Shown: piece by piece, positions 1 through 9,522 of the stretch
How positions within the stretch are numbered: position 1 is the stretch's first letter
Layout of the letters: each line of letters starts with the position of its first letter
Assembly: GCA_001820725.1 (NCBI GenBank)
Contig: MHQR01000037.1
Span: 1-44,547, forward strand
From: Candidatus Sungbacteria bacterium RIFCSPLOWO2_01_FULL_54_21
Lineage (GTDB): Bacteria > Patescibacteriota > Minisyncoccia > Sungbacterales > HO2-52-23
Direction: 5' to 3'
DNA: 44,547 nucleotides
The notes under the pieces: generated by a model
Databases searched by the model: none
What the model was told of the DNA's origin: nothing
What the model saw: only the letters and a program-made list of their open reading frames with translations
Translations under genes and position numbers: made by a program

Positions 1-12
1 TGATTGCTTCTT

Positions 13-648
13 TTACTCTTCGTTCTCCGCCCAGTTTTTGAAATGGGCGATGAAGAGTTGCTGTCCCAGCTCGTCTCCGGGATGATAGGAACGCGCCAGT
101 TGTTGGAGGAACCACATCGTCCGCAGATCTTGCGCAATCGGTACGAGCCGGAGAATCATGCCTCTCGTATCGCAGAGCGCCGCATCCATGTCTCCATTGA
201 TGCCGAGTCGGGCGCCCGGTTGGATTTGGTACGCGATGGTCTGAAACCACTCGGTCGCTATCTTGCGCGGTGTCTTTTGGTTTGAGTGACTTGCGATGTC
301 GTTGCGACAGTCGTTGGAAGAAACAAAAGCGGCGAGATCCGCGATGCCGCGTTCTACCACCGCGACAAAGAGTAGCGCCACTGACTTTGTTGCATGAAAA
401 TCACGAAGGAGCGAAAAGCCATTCGCAAGCAGTTCCCGCCATGCCTCATCGGAGAGCGGGCAGGCACTCTTGAGCATCGTCTGCCCCTCATCCCGAAACC
501 AATGCATGACATCCGCCGAGAATGCGAGATGGTCAATCGCGCCAGTGGTATCAATCTTCACTGACCATTGATTCACTGCCACTTTTCTCCAATCGTACTC
601 CGGCATATCGCCTCCTCTATGCGTTGAGGTCAACGCAATCTGCATCAA
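13..648 (-). CDS. hypothetical protein (start may be 609)
   Basis: 211-aa ORF with a consensus promoter upstream; no recognisable motif. Confidence 0.5.
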   Translation of the reverse strand: MMQIALTSTHRGGDMPEYDWRKVAVNQWSVKIDTTGAIDHLAFSADVMHWFRDEGQTMLKSACPLSDEAWRELLANGFSLLRDFHATKSVALLFVAVVERGIADLAAFVSSNDCRNDIASHSNQKTPRKIATEWFQTIAYQIQPGARLGINGDMDAALCDTRGMILRLVPIAQDLRTMWFLQQLARSYHPGDELGQQLFIAHFKNWAENEE

Positions 649-687
649 TCAATGCTGGGTTGAGTCAAGGAACCATCTACGGGAGAA

Positions 688-716
688 AGTATAGCACCAA
701 AACTATTTAGTGTCAA
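688..716 (-). promoter_or_regulatory. sigma70-type promoter
   Basis: Minus strand TTGACA (716-711), 17-nt spacer, TGcTATACT (693-688). Confidence 0.7.
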
Positions 717-817
717 GATATATGACGCTGACCATTTTTATAGCATGACCTACCGGTGGCTTTTCAAGAGAAATTACTGGCTTATTTAAGCCGATATGTG
801 TCGTGATGTCAGAACTA

Positions 818-847
818 TTGACAGAAATAAGTTCTCTGCAGTATACT
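818..847 (+). promoter_or_regulatory. sigma70-type promoter for TrmB gene
   Basis: TTGACA (818-823), 18-nt spacer, TATACT (842-847); ATG at 855 lies 7 nt downstream. Confidence 0.65.
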
Positions 848-848
848 G

Positions 849-1580
849 ATGTTTATGGCAATAGAAACGACTTTGCAGGGGATTGGACTTACCGCAAAAG
901 AAGGAGCGGTGTATTTGGCGGCGCTTGAATTGGGGCAGGCACCGGTATTGAGAATTGCCCATAAAGCAGGCATCAAAAGGCCTACGGCGTATGTGATATT
1001 GAACGCTTTGCGGGAGAAGGGTTTCATTGAAGTTATCCCGAAAGGCACAACAACGCTGTATCAGGCAGTTGATCCGGAAAAAATTGTCCGCGGGTTTGAT
1101 GAAAAAGTTTCAGCGTTTAATGTCGCTCTGCCCGAATTGAAGTCATTGCACAATGCCGCTCCTGGAAAGCCGCGCGTGCGTTTTTATGAGGGCAAAAAGA
1201 GTATTATGGCGTTGTACGAAAAGGAGATTTTCAATGCGCACGAGATTCTTGCATTGGTTGACATACGGACATTGCGTTCCATGATGTCCCGGGATGAGCT
1301 TGATGGGTTGACGCACAGCATGAAAGCAACCGGCGGCGCAATCCGTGAATTCATGGAGGATTCGCCGGAGGCGCGGGAGTATCTCGCAGAGAAAAACCGT
1401 CTGGCGCTGGGCGAGACAAAGTTTTTACCGCATGGTACGCATTTTGGCGTAGATATTTTGGTGTACGATCATACGGTTGCGATGATTTCGCCCAAGACGC
1501 TCATCGCGGTGGTAACGGAGGATGCGGCCATAAGCGGCGCCCAGCGCCAACTCCTGGAATCATTATGGACATCCCTATAG
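849..1580 (+). CDS. TrmB-family transcriptional regulator (probable start 855)
   Basis: N-terminal wHTH 'GLTAKEGAVYLAALELG...IKRPTAYVIL..L..KGFI' and 'PRVRFYEG' typical of TrmB proteins. Confidence 0.85.
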   Translation: MFMAIETTLQGIGLTAKEGAVYLAALELGQAPVLRIAHKAGIKRPTAYVILNALREKGFIEVIPKGTTTLYQAVDPEKIVRGFDEKVSAFNVALPELKSLHNAAPGKPRVRFYEGKKSIMALYEKEIFNAHEILALVDIRTLRSMMSRDELDGLTHSMKATGGAIREFMEDSPEAREYLAEKNRLALGETKFLPHGTHFGVDILVYDHTVAMISPKTLIAVVTEDAAISGAQRQLLESLWTSL

Positions 1581-1625
1581 GATTTTTTTCTTGCCAGACA
1601 AAAGAGAAACTGATACTATTGAGAT

Positions 1626-1808
1626 ATGGACACTATTACAATTCCGATTACAGAATACAAGCGTCTTTTGCGTGCTGGCAGGAGGGATGAGAAGGCGGAT
1701 AAAAAAAAAGGATTCGCGGATGCGGCATTTGGGATATTGAGAGATGACTTTGGGAAAGAGTCCTCGATTTCGTATGTCGCAAAATTGAGAAAAGCATGGC
1801 GGAAATGA
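1626..1808 (+). CDS. small antitoxin (VapB-like)
   Basis: 60-aa ORF overlapping the downstream PIN gene; 'FGIL...YVAKLRKAW' antitoxin-like C-terminus. Confidence 0.7.
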   Translation: MDTITIPITEYKRLLRAGRRDEKADKKKGFADAAFGILRDDFGKESSISYVAKLRKAWRK

Positions 1809-2197
1809 CTCGGGGATACTGCATTGATTCCGATATTTTGATTGATTATCTGCGGGGCGTTGCCGATGCCCGCATTTTTCTTTTGGAAACGAGCAGAGAT
1901 GCGATGCTGCATATCAGCGCGGTGAGCATCGCAGAATTATATGCGGGCAAAGAGACAAAACGGGAAGAGAAGTATCTTGCCGTTGGGCGGTTTCTCGGAA
2001 ATTTTCAGGTGATTGATGTGGATGCATCATTGGCGCGAGCCGCGGGAGAGTTGCGTCGTGACTTCGCGATGCCTTTTGCTGATATGATCATCGCCGCAAG
2101 CGCCAGGGGCTATGGTCTTCGGCTTGCGACAAGAAATACCAAACATTTTGCAGCGCTTCAAAAAAACGCGGGGCTCGTGGTGGTAAAGCCGTACTGA
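1796..2197 (+). CDS. vapC: PIN-domain toxin (VapC family)
   Basis: 'IDSDILID...SIAEL...D..IAASA...LATRN.KHF' PIN motifs. Confidence 0.88.
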   Translation: MAEMTRGYCIDSDILIDYLRGVADARIFLLETSRDAMLHISAVSIAELYAGKETKREEKYLAVGRFLGNFQVIDVDASLARAAGELRRDFAMPFADMIIAASARGYGLRLATRNTKHFAALQKNAGLVVVKPY

Positions 2198-2277
2198 CCC
2201 GTGCCGTCCTGCGCCGCGAGGACCCTATCAGCAATACTGCGCCAAAAGTGCCTGGCAACGGACGTGTGTACCATTTT

Positions 2278-2994
2278 TTAATGGGCGACGGTGATCGCCC
2301 ATATTCTTTTTGCTCCGGCGGCTTTGAGAACTTTGGCCGCTTCTTCCAGCGTTGTTCCCGTGGTCTTTATGTCGTCCATTAGGATAATTGTCCGATTGCG
2401 TACGGATTCGGTATCGGACACGGCAAACGCGCCCACAAGATTGGTGAGGCGCTCTTCGCGCCGCAATGCCATTTGCGGCGCGGTCTTTTTTGTTTTCAAG
2501 AGTATGTCGGCGCGCACGGGTATGCCCATACGCGTACCCAATGCATGCGCAATGAGGCGCGCCTGATTAAAGCCGCGCACGCGCTCGCGGGCTTTATACA
2601 GGGGAATGGGCACGATGAGAGCATGGCGGGAGAGGACCACGCCGTGATACGCGATCGCGCGGTACAGCATGCCGGCGAGTATCGCGGCGTTGCCCTGCAT
2701 GCGCCGATATTTCAGATCATGCACCAGCGTTCTGACACCCGCAGCGTCATACGAGAAAGGCGAGAAAAAGGCATAGATGCGGGATTTCTTGCGGCATGGT
2801 GCGCATGTCCTGCCGGCAGGCACGCCGTCTGCAGGGGGTACAAGTTTTTTGCACACAAAACAGGAAGGGGGGATGAAGAGCAGGAGTGCGCGGCAGGCAT
2901 CACAAAAAACAGCGCCCTCGCTCCCGCATCCTGCACAGAACGCGGGGAACAGGAGATCAAGGAATAATTGTTTTGTGGACGCAAAACCTTGCAT
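2278..2994 (-). CDS. comF: ComF competence protein (double zinc ribbon + phosphoribosyltransferase fold)
   Basis: CxxC pairs, 'RGFNQA', 'LMDDIKTTGTTL' PRT loop. Confidence 0.92.
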   Translation of the reverse strand: MQGFASTKQLFLDLLFPAFCAGCGSEGAVFCDACRALLLFIPPSCFVCKKLVPPADGVPAGRTCAPCRKKSRIYAFFSPFSYDAAGVRTLVHDLKYRRMQGNAAILAGMLYRAIAYHGVVLSRHALIVPIPLYKARERVRGFNQARLIAHALGTRMGIPVRADILLKTKKTAPQMALRREERLTNLVGAFAVSDTESVRNRTIILMDDIKTTGTTLEEAAKVLKAAGAKRIWAITVAH

Positions 2995-3030
2995 ATCCGC
3001 ATCATACCTGCTTTGCGGCGGACGCGCGGT

Positions 3031-3039
3031 TGTGGATAA
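3031..3039 (-). promoter_or_regulatory. DnaA box TTATCCACA between divergent comF and pilM
   Basis: TGTGGATAA on + strand, perfect match. Confidence 0.55.
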
Positions 3040-3091
3040 CTTTGTTTTTCATGCTCTCCATCTTGCGGCGCAATCGGGGTATACTAAATGT

Positions 3092-4207
3092 GTGGCAGTA
3101 GATTTCTCTTTTCTCAAAAAGCTTGCGCGGCCGGGATTCTCTCTCTCCTTTCTTTCACAGAAGCCCTCGCAGATGATGGGTCTCCATATTGGTACCTATT
3201 CGAGCAAGGTGGTACAATTGCGGTACGAGGGAGAGCGCGCGATTCTGGAAACGTACGGCGAAATAAAAAATGAGGGATATCTGAAGCATCCGGAGACGAG
3301 CCGGAGCGGAGGCGGCATCCCGTATTTGGACACGGATATCTCGGAACTGATCAAAGATCTGATTCGCGAGTCAAACGTGACCGCCACTGCCGCCATCTGC
3401 ACGATTCCCGCGACCGCCGCGTTTATCACCACCATTTCCTTCCCCCGATCGCTGTCACAGGAAATTGCGCAGGCCGTGCCGTACGAAGCGCGCAAGTATG
3501 TGCCCATTCCCATTGCCGAAGTCGTGCTGGAATGGATGATTCTGGAAAGTTCGGAGCCGAGTGATACCATAGATGTCCTGCTTGTGGCTGTTCCCCGCGA
3601 GATCGTCGAGAAGTTCAGGCGCGTGGCGCAAGGGGCAGGTATTACCTTACGCGCGTTGGAAGTCGAACCGTTCAGTTTGGTGCGCTCGCTCGTGGGGCAC
3701 GATGCTACGCCGCAAGTGCTGGTGAATATCGGACACGTTGCCACCACGCTGACCTTTGTGGATAAAGGGTTTATCCGTCTTGTGCATACCATCGGCAGGG
3801 GATCGCAGGAATTGACGCTGGCTTTAGAGCGCGGGCTGGCCATTGGTAAAGACAGGGCTGAACAGGCAAAGCGCGACATCGGCTTATCGGAGCGTATTGA
3901 AGAGCGCGAGATTTCCTCCGTGCTCGTACCGCTTATTGAGACCCTGTTTGCCGAAATCGCGCGGACCATGGCGATCTACAACCGACGAGTACCCCGAAAA
4001 ATCCAGCGCGTGAATATCACCGGCGGCGGCGCGCATCTGAAAGGCATCATTGAATATGGCGCGTCCAAGCTCGGTGTGGAGGTGGCACGGGGTAATCCAT
4101 TCGCACGGCTCGTTACGCCCCCATTTCTTCAGCCCCTGCTCAATGACCTAGGTCCCAATTTTTCCACGGCCGTGGGCGCGGCGTTACGGGAATTTACGCC
4201 TCGATAG
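3092..4207 (+). CDS. pilM: type IV pilus assembly protein PilM (GTG start inferred)
   Basis: Actin-like motifs 'GLHIGTYSSKVV', 'VNIGH', 'ITGGGAHLKG'; ORF-track start 2777 overlaps comF. Confidence 0.88.
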   Translation: MAVDFSFLKKLARPGFSLSFLSQKPSQMMGLHIGTYSSKVVQLRYEGERAILETYGEIKNEGYLKHPETSRSGGGIPYLDTDISELIKDLIRESNVTATAAICTIPATAAFITTISFPRSLSQEIAQAVPYEARKYVPIPIAEVVLEWMILESSEPSDTIDVLLVAVPREIVEKFRRVAQGAGITLRALEVEPFSLVRSLVGHDATPQVLVNIGHVATTLTFVDKGFIRLVHTIGRGSQELTLALERGLAIGKDRAEQAKRDIGLSERIEEREISSVLVPLIETLFAEIARTMAIYNRRVPRKIQRVNITGGGAHLKGIIEYGASKLGVEVARGNPFARLVTPPFLQPLLNDLGPNFSTAVGAALREFTPR

Positions 4208-4228
4208 CGGATTCATTTTTTATACTCC

Positions 4229-4783
4229 ATGGCGACTGACTTTCTCACCTCACGACAACCATCAGCGCTTTCTAGCGCCTTGCAGGGCCGCGGCGTGTCG
4301 CTTTTCTTTATAGTAGCCGCAAGCGCGCTGGTACTGGCGGCCGCCGGCATTGGCGGGCTTTTCGTGCTTAACCGCGCACAGGAATCCCAGCGCGATGAAT
4401 TTATCGCCCAGAATAGGATCAAGGAGGAAAGCGTACGGCCCGAATTGCTCCAGCAGGTGGTGTTGTTGGACCGGCGCCTGAAGGGCGTGCGCACCTTGAT
4501 CGGGGAGCACATGTTTACATCCAATGTTTTTGGCGTCATCGAAAAGAATACCCACCCCCAGGTGCGTTTCCTGAACTTCACTTTTTCTGCGGATAGTTTG
4601 AAACTTGACATGTCGGGAGAAGCGGCGAGTTACCGCGCGCTGTCGCGCCAGATCGCCCTGTTTGAGCAGGAGCCGCAGATTGAACGAACCGAATTCGGCG
4701 GATTGTCCGCAACGAGTGATGGGCTCGTGGGGTTCAAACTGACTCTTACGTTTAAGCCAACGCTTTTGCATCTGCGCCAATAA
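4229..4783 (+). CDS. pilN: PilN-like alignment protein
   Basis: Single N-terminal TM, coiled coil, ferredoxin-like C-terminus; follows pilM. Confidence 0.7.
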   Translation: MATDFLTSRQPSALSSALQGRGVSLFFIVAASALVLAAAGIGGLFVLNRAQESQRDEFIAQNRIKEESVRPELLQQVVLLDRRLKGVRTLIGEHMFTSNVFGVIEKNTHPQVRFLNFTFSADSLKLDMSGEAASYRALSRQIALFEQEPQIERTEFGGLSATSDGLVGFKLTLTFKPTLLHLRQ

Positions 4784-4786
4784 CCT

Positions 4787-5383
4787 ATGCCCCGTATCTT
4801 TATCGCTGTCATACTTTTTGCCGCCACGCTCCTCTTGAGCGTATTTTATCTGCGTCCGGAATGGGATCGTTTTCAGACATTGCGGACCGACGTCGCTGAA
4901 TTGGAGCAAATCAGCAGCGAATTCGACGAGCTGATCGCCAATCGGGACAAACTGCTCTCGCTCATTAATTCCATCAGCAAAGAAAACCTTGGCCGCGTGG
5001 ACCGTATGTTACCGCAGGGTCCGCATGCGTCCGATTTTCTCGTTTCCATGGAAGCCCTCACGATTCAGAACAGCGTTGCCCTGCGGCGCATAGATCTCGT
5101 CAGCCCCGAAGGGGACAAGAGCGATGCCCAGCCCCAGCGAACCGGAGCCGGGCAGGGAACGCCGCGTCCGGCAGGGGCCGTGTCTTCGCCGCGTCCCGTC
5201 AAAGAAGTGCAATCCCTGCCGTTCAATCTGCAAGTCGCCGGCTCCTATGCCTCGTTCAAGAAATTCCTTGCGGACATGGAGCGGAATCTGCGTCTCATTG
5301 ATGTCGAAAATATCTCATTCAGCGCGAGCGGCAAGGGCGAGATATCCGATTTTACTCTAAAGGCGAAAACGTATTATCAATAG
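4787..5383 (+). CDS. pilO: PilO-like alignment protein
   Basis: TM plus 'GSYASFKKFLADMERNLRLIDV' PilO motif. Confidence 0.8.
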   Translation: MPRIFIAVILFAATLLLSVFYLRPEWDRFQTLRTDVAELEQISSEFDELIANRDKLLSLINSISKENLGRVDRMLPQGPHASDFLVSMEALTIQNSVALRRIDLVSPEGDKSDAQPQRTGAGQGTPRPAGAVSSPRPVKEVQSLPFNLQVAGSYASFKKFLADMERNLRLIDVENISFSASGKGEISDFTLKAKTYYQ

Positions 5384-5392
5384 TCCACTTCT

Positions 5393-5668
5393 ATGAATCG
5401 CAATACTTTTTTCTCGCTGGCGCTGGTCGTTCTTCTCGGGGTCATCGGCTATACTTGGTACGGATATCTTGAAACGCCCGTTCCCGGGGCGGATACGGAA
5501 CGCGCCAGTTTTTCCAAGATACTCACCGAAGTGCGTCTCCTCAAGACGCTTGATCTGGACACATCCTTGTTTCAAGATCGTTTTTTCCGTGACTTGGAAG
5601 AGCCGCAGGAAATACCCCAGCCGGACGTCACGCCCGGCCGCGAGAATCCATTCGCGCCGTTTAAATAA
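5393..5668 (+). CDS. small membrane protein at the PilP position
   Basis: N-terminal TM and 'GRENPFAPF' C-terminus after pilO. Confidence 0.65.
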   Translation: MNRNTFFSLALVVLLGVIGYTWYGYLETPVPGADTERASFSKILTEVRLLKTLDLDTSLFQDRFFRDLEEPQEIPQPDVTPGRENPFAPFK

Positions 5669-5673
5669 AGGCA

Positions 5674-5841
5674 ATGCAACAGCCAACAGTGCAAGAGGTG
5701 ATGGAGCGCATTGTGAAAGGATTGCCTTTACATCTGCCGACAGTTCAAAAAATTCTTTCGGAAGTGGAGATATATCAAAAAGACAAGAACCGCCTCAACG
5801 TATTAAAACTTTTCTCGCTGGTTAAGTCCGATACGAAATAA
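5674..5841 (+). CDS. 55-aa hypothetical ORF (not in ORF track)
   Basis: ATG 5674 to TAA 5841, MQQPTVQEVMERIVKGLPLHL...; fills the gap exactly. Confidence 0.35.
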   Translation: MQQPTVQEVMERIVKGLPLHLPTVQKILSEVEIYQKDKNRLNVLKLFSLVKSDTK

Positions 5842-5881
5842 GCCGATGGCTCGATGTTTATGTATGTGATAGTATGCGAGC

Positions 5882-6289
5882 ATGAAAGAAGGGATTTTAT
5901 CTGAAGAAAAATTGCGCGCGCTGGGCGTAGGCGTTGTGTATCTGTTTGGCTCGCGCGCCGAGGGCGTCGCAGGGCCTGCAAGCGATATTGATGTCGGCGT
6001 GCTGTTCACGGATTCCACGACTGCGCGCGGCAACACAACAGAAGTATATGGCGCCCTCTATGACATTTTTTGCGATGCATTCGACATGAGTAATTTTCGG
6101 ACGATTGACATAGTATTTCTTGAGCGCGCGCCGCTTGAACTGCAATTTGACGCCATTTCGCACGGCAGAGCGCTTTTTGAAATTTCTTCGGATTTCCGCC
6201 TTGATTTTGAAGAGCGCGTCTCGGCGCTCTATCGGGATTTCAAGCCGCTTCTTTTAGAGCAGAATGCGGCGATTCTTCAACGGATATGA
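5882..6289 (+). CDS. minimal nucleotidyltransferase (MntA-type antitoxin)
   Basis: 'LFGSRAEG...SDIDVGV' and downstream 'IDIV' Pol-beta motif. Confidence 0.88.
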   Translation: MKEGILSEEKLRALGVGVVYLFGSRAEGVAGPASDIDVGVLFTDSTTARGNTTEVYGALYDIFCDAFDMSNFRTIDIVFLERAPLELQFDAISHGRALFEISSDFRLDFEERVSALYRDFKPLLLEQNAAILQRI

Positions 6290-6750
6290 AACGGATTCCG
6301 TTAAAAAATCAGTCCATTCTTCCTCGCATTGACGGGATTATGAAAGATCTGGTAAAGCTTCGCGAGATTGCATCATTGCCGCAAGAAGAATTTTCCGATA
6401 TGCAAAAAGATTATTTTGATGTTGCAAAATTGCGTTTGCGCGAGGCGCTGGAGGGGGTCTTTAACATAGGCGCGCATATTCTCTCCCGTATGGAAGGCGG
6501 CCGCACCACGGCATATAAAGAAATTGCCAAGAAATTGGGTGAATTTGGGATTGTGGAAAAAGATTTCGCGGATGGCGCCCTTATGCGCATGGCCGGGTAT
6601 CGCAACCGCCTCACGCATTTTTATGCGGATGTCCCCGCCGCAGAAGTTTATAAGGTTTTACATGAACATCTCGGCGATTTTGATGCTTTCCTTTCCGCTA
6701 TCAAGCGGGTTTTAGAACACCCGGAGAAGTTCGAATTATCAGTAGAATAA
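6286..6750 (+). CDS. HEPN/DUF86 RNase toxin (HepT-type)
   Basis: 'RNRLTHFY' RxxxxH motif; ATGA overlap with MNT gene. Confidence 0.88.
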   Translation: MKRIPLKNQSILPRIDGIMKDLVKLREIASLPQEEFSDMQKDYFDVAKLRLREALEGVFNIGAHILSRMEGGRTTAYKEIAKKLGEFGIVEKDFADGALMRMAGYRNRLTHFYADVPAAEVYKVLHEHLGDFDAFLSAIKRVLEHPEKFELSVE

Positions 6751-6846
6751 CAAAAGGTAATCATACCATTGAAGACATCCGACTCTTTTATGACCTCATT
6801 CCTTACATCTCATTGCTAACGTTACAGATATATAAGACATAAATAT

Positions 6847-7386
6847 ATGGCATACCTCAACCCCACAAGAGTATCTATTATAGATAAAGCGGTTGAACAG
6901 ATGGTTTTGAATACAGGCCTTTCTTATCCGAAAGACAGTCTGTTGGATATCGCAAAGGCTCTTGGAGTAGAAGTTGTTTCTGCTGAATTACCGGATTTAC
7001 AAACAAAAAAAGTAAAAGGATACATAAAATGGCTCTCGGATGAGGAAAAAGAAAAAATGGGGAAGCCTTATCGGGCAAAGATATATCTAAATTCAAATCA
7101 AGCTGATACTACAAAGACTTTCACATTGGCTCATGAGTTGGGACATTTCCTTCTGCACAAGGATACTAACAATTTCAGAATAGATTTAGAGGACTATTCC
7201 GAAAGTGATCCGGATAATCAAGAAACGGAGGCTAATTATTTCGCCGGTTGTCTCTTGATGCCAAAAGATAAATTCTTCAACGCACTTAATAATGCGAAAG
7301 GTCTAGATCAGGTTGCAGAGGCCTTTGGCGTTTCTGTGCCCGCGGTTGAGGCAAGAATGAAGTGGCTACACATTGGAACATTTTGA
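6847..7386 (+). CDS. ImmA/IrrE (DUF955) metallo-endopeptidase
   Basis: 'FTLAHELGH...ETEANYFAGCLLMP' HExxH motif and C-terminal HTH. Confidence 0.88.
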   Translation: MAYLNPTRVSIIDKAVEQMVLNTGLSYPKDSLLDIAKALGVEVVSAELPDLQTKKVKGYIKWLSDEEKEKMGKPYRAKIYLNSNQADTTKTFTLAHELGHFLLHKDTNNFRIDLEDYSESDPDNQETEANYFAGCLLMPKDKFFNALNNAKGLDQVAEAFGVSVPAVEARMKWLHIGTF

Positions 7387-7387
7387 T

Positions 7388-7768
7388 ATGCCGACTGACC
7401 CACAGCAAGTAGATTATGCCGAATCCGTCGCGGATTGGCGTACCAAAGCAGATGTTCTCGAAACGACAGAACCAAATATCCCTGCTCCAAAATGGAATTC
7501 GGATGTCTTTTTCAAGCAACGAAATTTTCAGAGAGCATTCCTATTTCATTTTTCTTGGATAGCAAGTAGTGTTTCTCTGCTTTTTCTATATGGGGTAGTG
7601 GTGATGCAGATTATTTTTCGTGCAAGGGTAGACCCTTATTTTGAAGTAATGAGCGATCAAGGATTAGATATCTTTGCCGTTGCTGTTTTTGGACAAGTAT
7701 TTGGAATAGTCTATATCATTGCTAGATCAGTATGGAGTAATGACGAGTTTAACTTAATGAAAAAATGA
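7388..7768 (+). CDS. two-TM membrane protein coupled to ImmA/IrrE gene
   Basis: Two hydrophobic segments; ATG 1 nt after the peptidase stop; AT-rich. Confidence 0.65.
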   Translation: MPTDPQQVDYAESVADWRTKADVLETTEPNIPAPKWNSDVFFKQRNFQRAFLFHFSWIASSVSLLFLYGVVVMQIIFRARVDPYFEVMSDQGLDIFAVAVFGQVFGIVYIIARSVWSNDEFNLMKK

Positions 7769-7808
7769 GAGTGTTGCCAAGCATATAATACCTTTATATT
7801 TAGCCGGC

Positions 7809-9521
7809 ATGGCCAAGACCATCATAGACATTTTGGTATCCAAAAATCTCCTCACGCTTGAGGGGGGTGCGGCCGTACGCAAAGAGGCGCGCGAAAAAGA
7901 CGCGCCGTTTGACGACGGACTCTACAGCCGCGGCATCAAAGAGACCGATGTCGCAGAAGCCAAAAGTATGGTCACGGGATATCCGGTGAAGTATTTGCAG
8001 GGGGTGGCCGTGCCCTTTGACGTGCTCCGTGACATCCCTGAAGAATCAGCGCGGCATTACGCGATCATTCCGCTCGGGAGGCACGAGGGATTTTTGGACA
8101 TCGGGATGTTGCATCCCGAAGACGCGGCATCGCAAGAGGCGCTGAAGTTCATTGCTGGACGCGCGGGCCTGCCGCTACGCATATTCATCATCACGCCGGA
8201 CGATTTCCAGGCCGTGCTCCAAGAGTACCGCAGTTTGTCCGGAGAAGTGACCAAGGCGCTCGGCGAATTTGAAAAAGAATATGAAGGGCTGGGCGCGAAT
8301 GTAAAGATCAGGCGCGACTCCACCAAGATCGTCGAGGATGCGCCAGTTACCAAAATGATGGCCGTGATGTTGCGCCACGCCGTGGAGGGCAGGGCTTCGG
8401 ATATTCACATTGAGCCCACGCGAGCCAACCTGCGGGTGCGGTTTCGCGTGGACGGCGTGCTCTATACGTCTCTCCTCCTGCCCATTGACGTGCATCCGGC
8501 GGTGGTGTCGCGTATCAAAGTTATGACCAATCTCAAAATTGACGAGACGCGCGTGCCCCAGGACGGCAGGTTCCATGCAGAGATCAACGGCCGCTTCATC
8601 GATTTCCGCGTGTCCACGTTTCCCACGGCGTTCGGTGAAAAGGTTGCCATCCGCATCCTCGACCCCGAAGCGGGCGTTGCGACCATGGCAGATCTGGGCA
8701 TAGAGGGCTCGAATCTGGAAAAAGTTGAGGCGGCAATCAAGCGGCCGTTCGGCATGATCCTCATCACCGGCCCCACGGGGTCGGGAAAATCAACCACGTT
8801 GTATGCCCTTTTGCAAAAACTCAACGAAGAGCGCTACAACATCGTGTCTCTTGAGGACCCTGTGGAATATTACATCCCAGGCGTCAATCAGTCCCAGGTG
8901 CGGCCGGAAATCGGATATGAATTTGCCACGGGCTTGCGCCATATCATGCGCCAGGACCCGGACATTATTATGGTGGGGGAGATACGCGACAAAGAGACGG
9001 CAGCGCTCGCCATTCACGCCGCACTCACCGGCCACCTGGTTCTCTCGACGCTCCACACCAACAATGCGGTCGGCGTGATTCCGCGCCTCATTGATATGGG
9101 TATTGATCCGTTTCTGCTGGCGCCCACGCTCATTATGGCGGTTGGCCAGCGTCTCGTGCGCAAGCTGTGTCAGGATTCCCGCAAGGCCGTGACCATAGAA
9201 GGCGCCCTGAAAGAAACGCTCATGACCGAAATCGAGACCATGCCACCTGCGGCCAAGAAAGAAGCCGAAGCCATGCTGAAAGGAGAGGTCTATCAGGCAG
9301 AAGTTAGCGGCATCTGCCCCAAAGGAACACGCGGGCGTACGGGTATTTTTGAAGTGCTCACCATGACGCCGGAGCTTGAAAAAATTATCCTCTCCAAACC
9401 ATCCGAGGCCGACATACAGAGGGAGGTTCTGCGCCAGGGTATGCTGTCCATGAAGCAGGACGGGCTGATTAAAGTACTTAAGGGGACAATCGGATTTGAG
9501 GAATTATTGGAGGTGGTGTAA
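7809..9521 (+). CDS. pilB: T4P extension ATPase PilB/GspE
   Basis: Walker A GPTGSGKS, 'EDPVEY', 'RQDPDIIMVGEIRD', His boxes. Confidence 0.95.
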   Translation: MAKTIIDILVSKNLLTLEGGAAVRKEAREKDAPFDDGLYSRGIKETDVAEAKSMVTGYPVKYLQGVAVPFDVLRDIPEESARHYAIIPLGRHEGFLDIGMLHPEDAASQEALKFIAGRAGLPLRIFIITPDDFQAVLQEYRSLSGEVTKALGEFEKEYEGLGANVKIRRDSTKIVEDAPVTKMMAVMLRHAVEGRASDIHIEPTRANLRVRFRVDGVLYTSLLLPIDVHPAVVSRIKVMTNLKIDETRVPQDGRFHAEINGRFIDFRVSTFPTAFGEKVAIRILDPEAGVATMADLGIEGSNLEKVEAAIKRPFGMILITGPTGSGKSTTLYALLQKLNEERYNIVSLEDPVEYYIPGVNQSQVRPEIGYEFATGLRHIMRQDPDIIMVGEIRDKETAALAIHAALTGHLVLSTLHTNNAVGVIPRLIDMGIDPFLLAPTLIMAVGQRLVRKLCQDSRKAVTIEGALKETLMTEIETMPPAAKKEAEAMLKGEVYQAEVSGICPKGTRGRTGIFEVLTMTPELEKIILSKPSEADIQREVLRQGMLSMKQDGLIKVLKGTIGFEELLEVV

Positions 9522-9522
9522 G

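Noticed and set aside
2777-3091. Long N-terminal extensions in the ORF track (pilM; likewise 14215, 27184, 33495, 37536)
   Set aside because: They overlap real genes or non-coding DNA; family motifs and -10 spacing point to later starts.
3196-3969. Long antisense ORFs (also 17122-17733, 22944-23645, 35369-36313)
   Set aside because: Shadows of GC-rich coding strands with no motifs.
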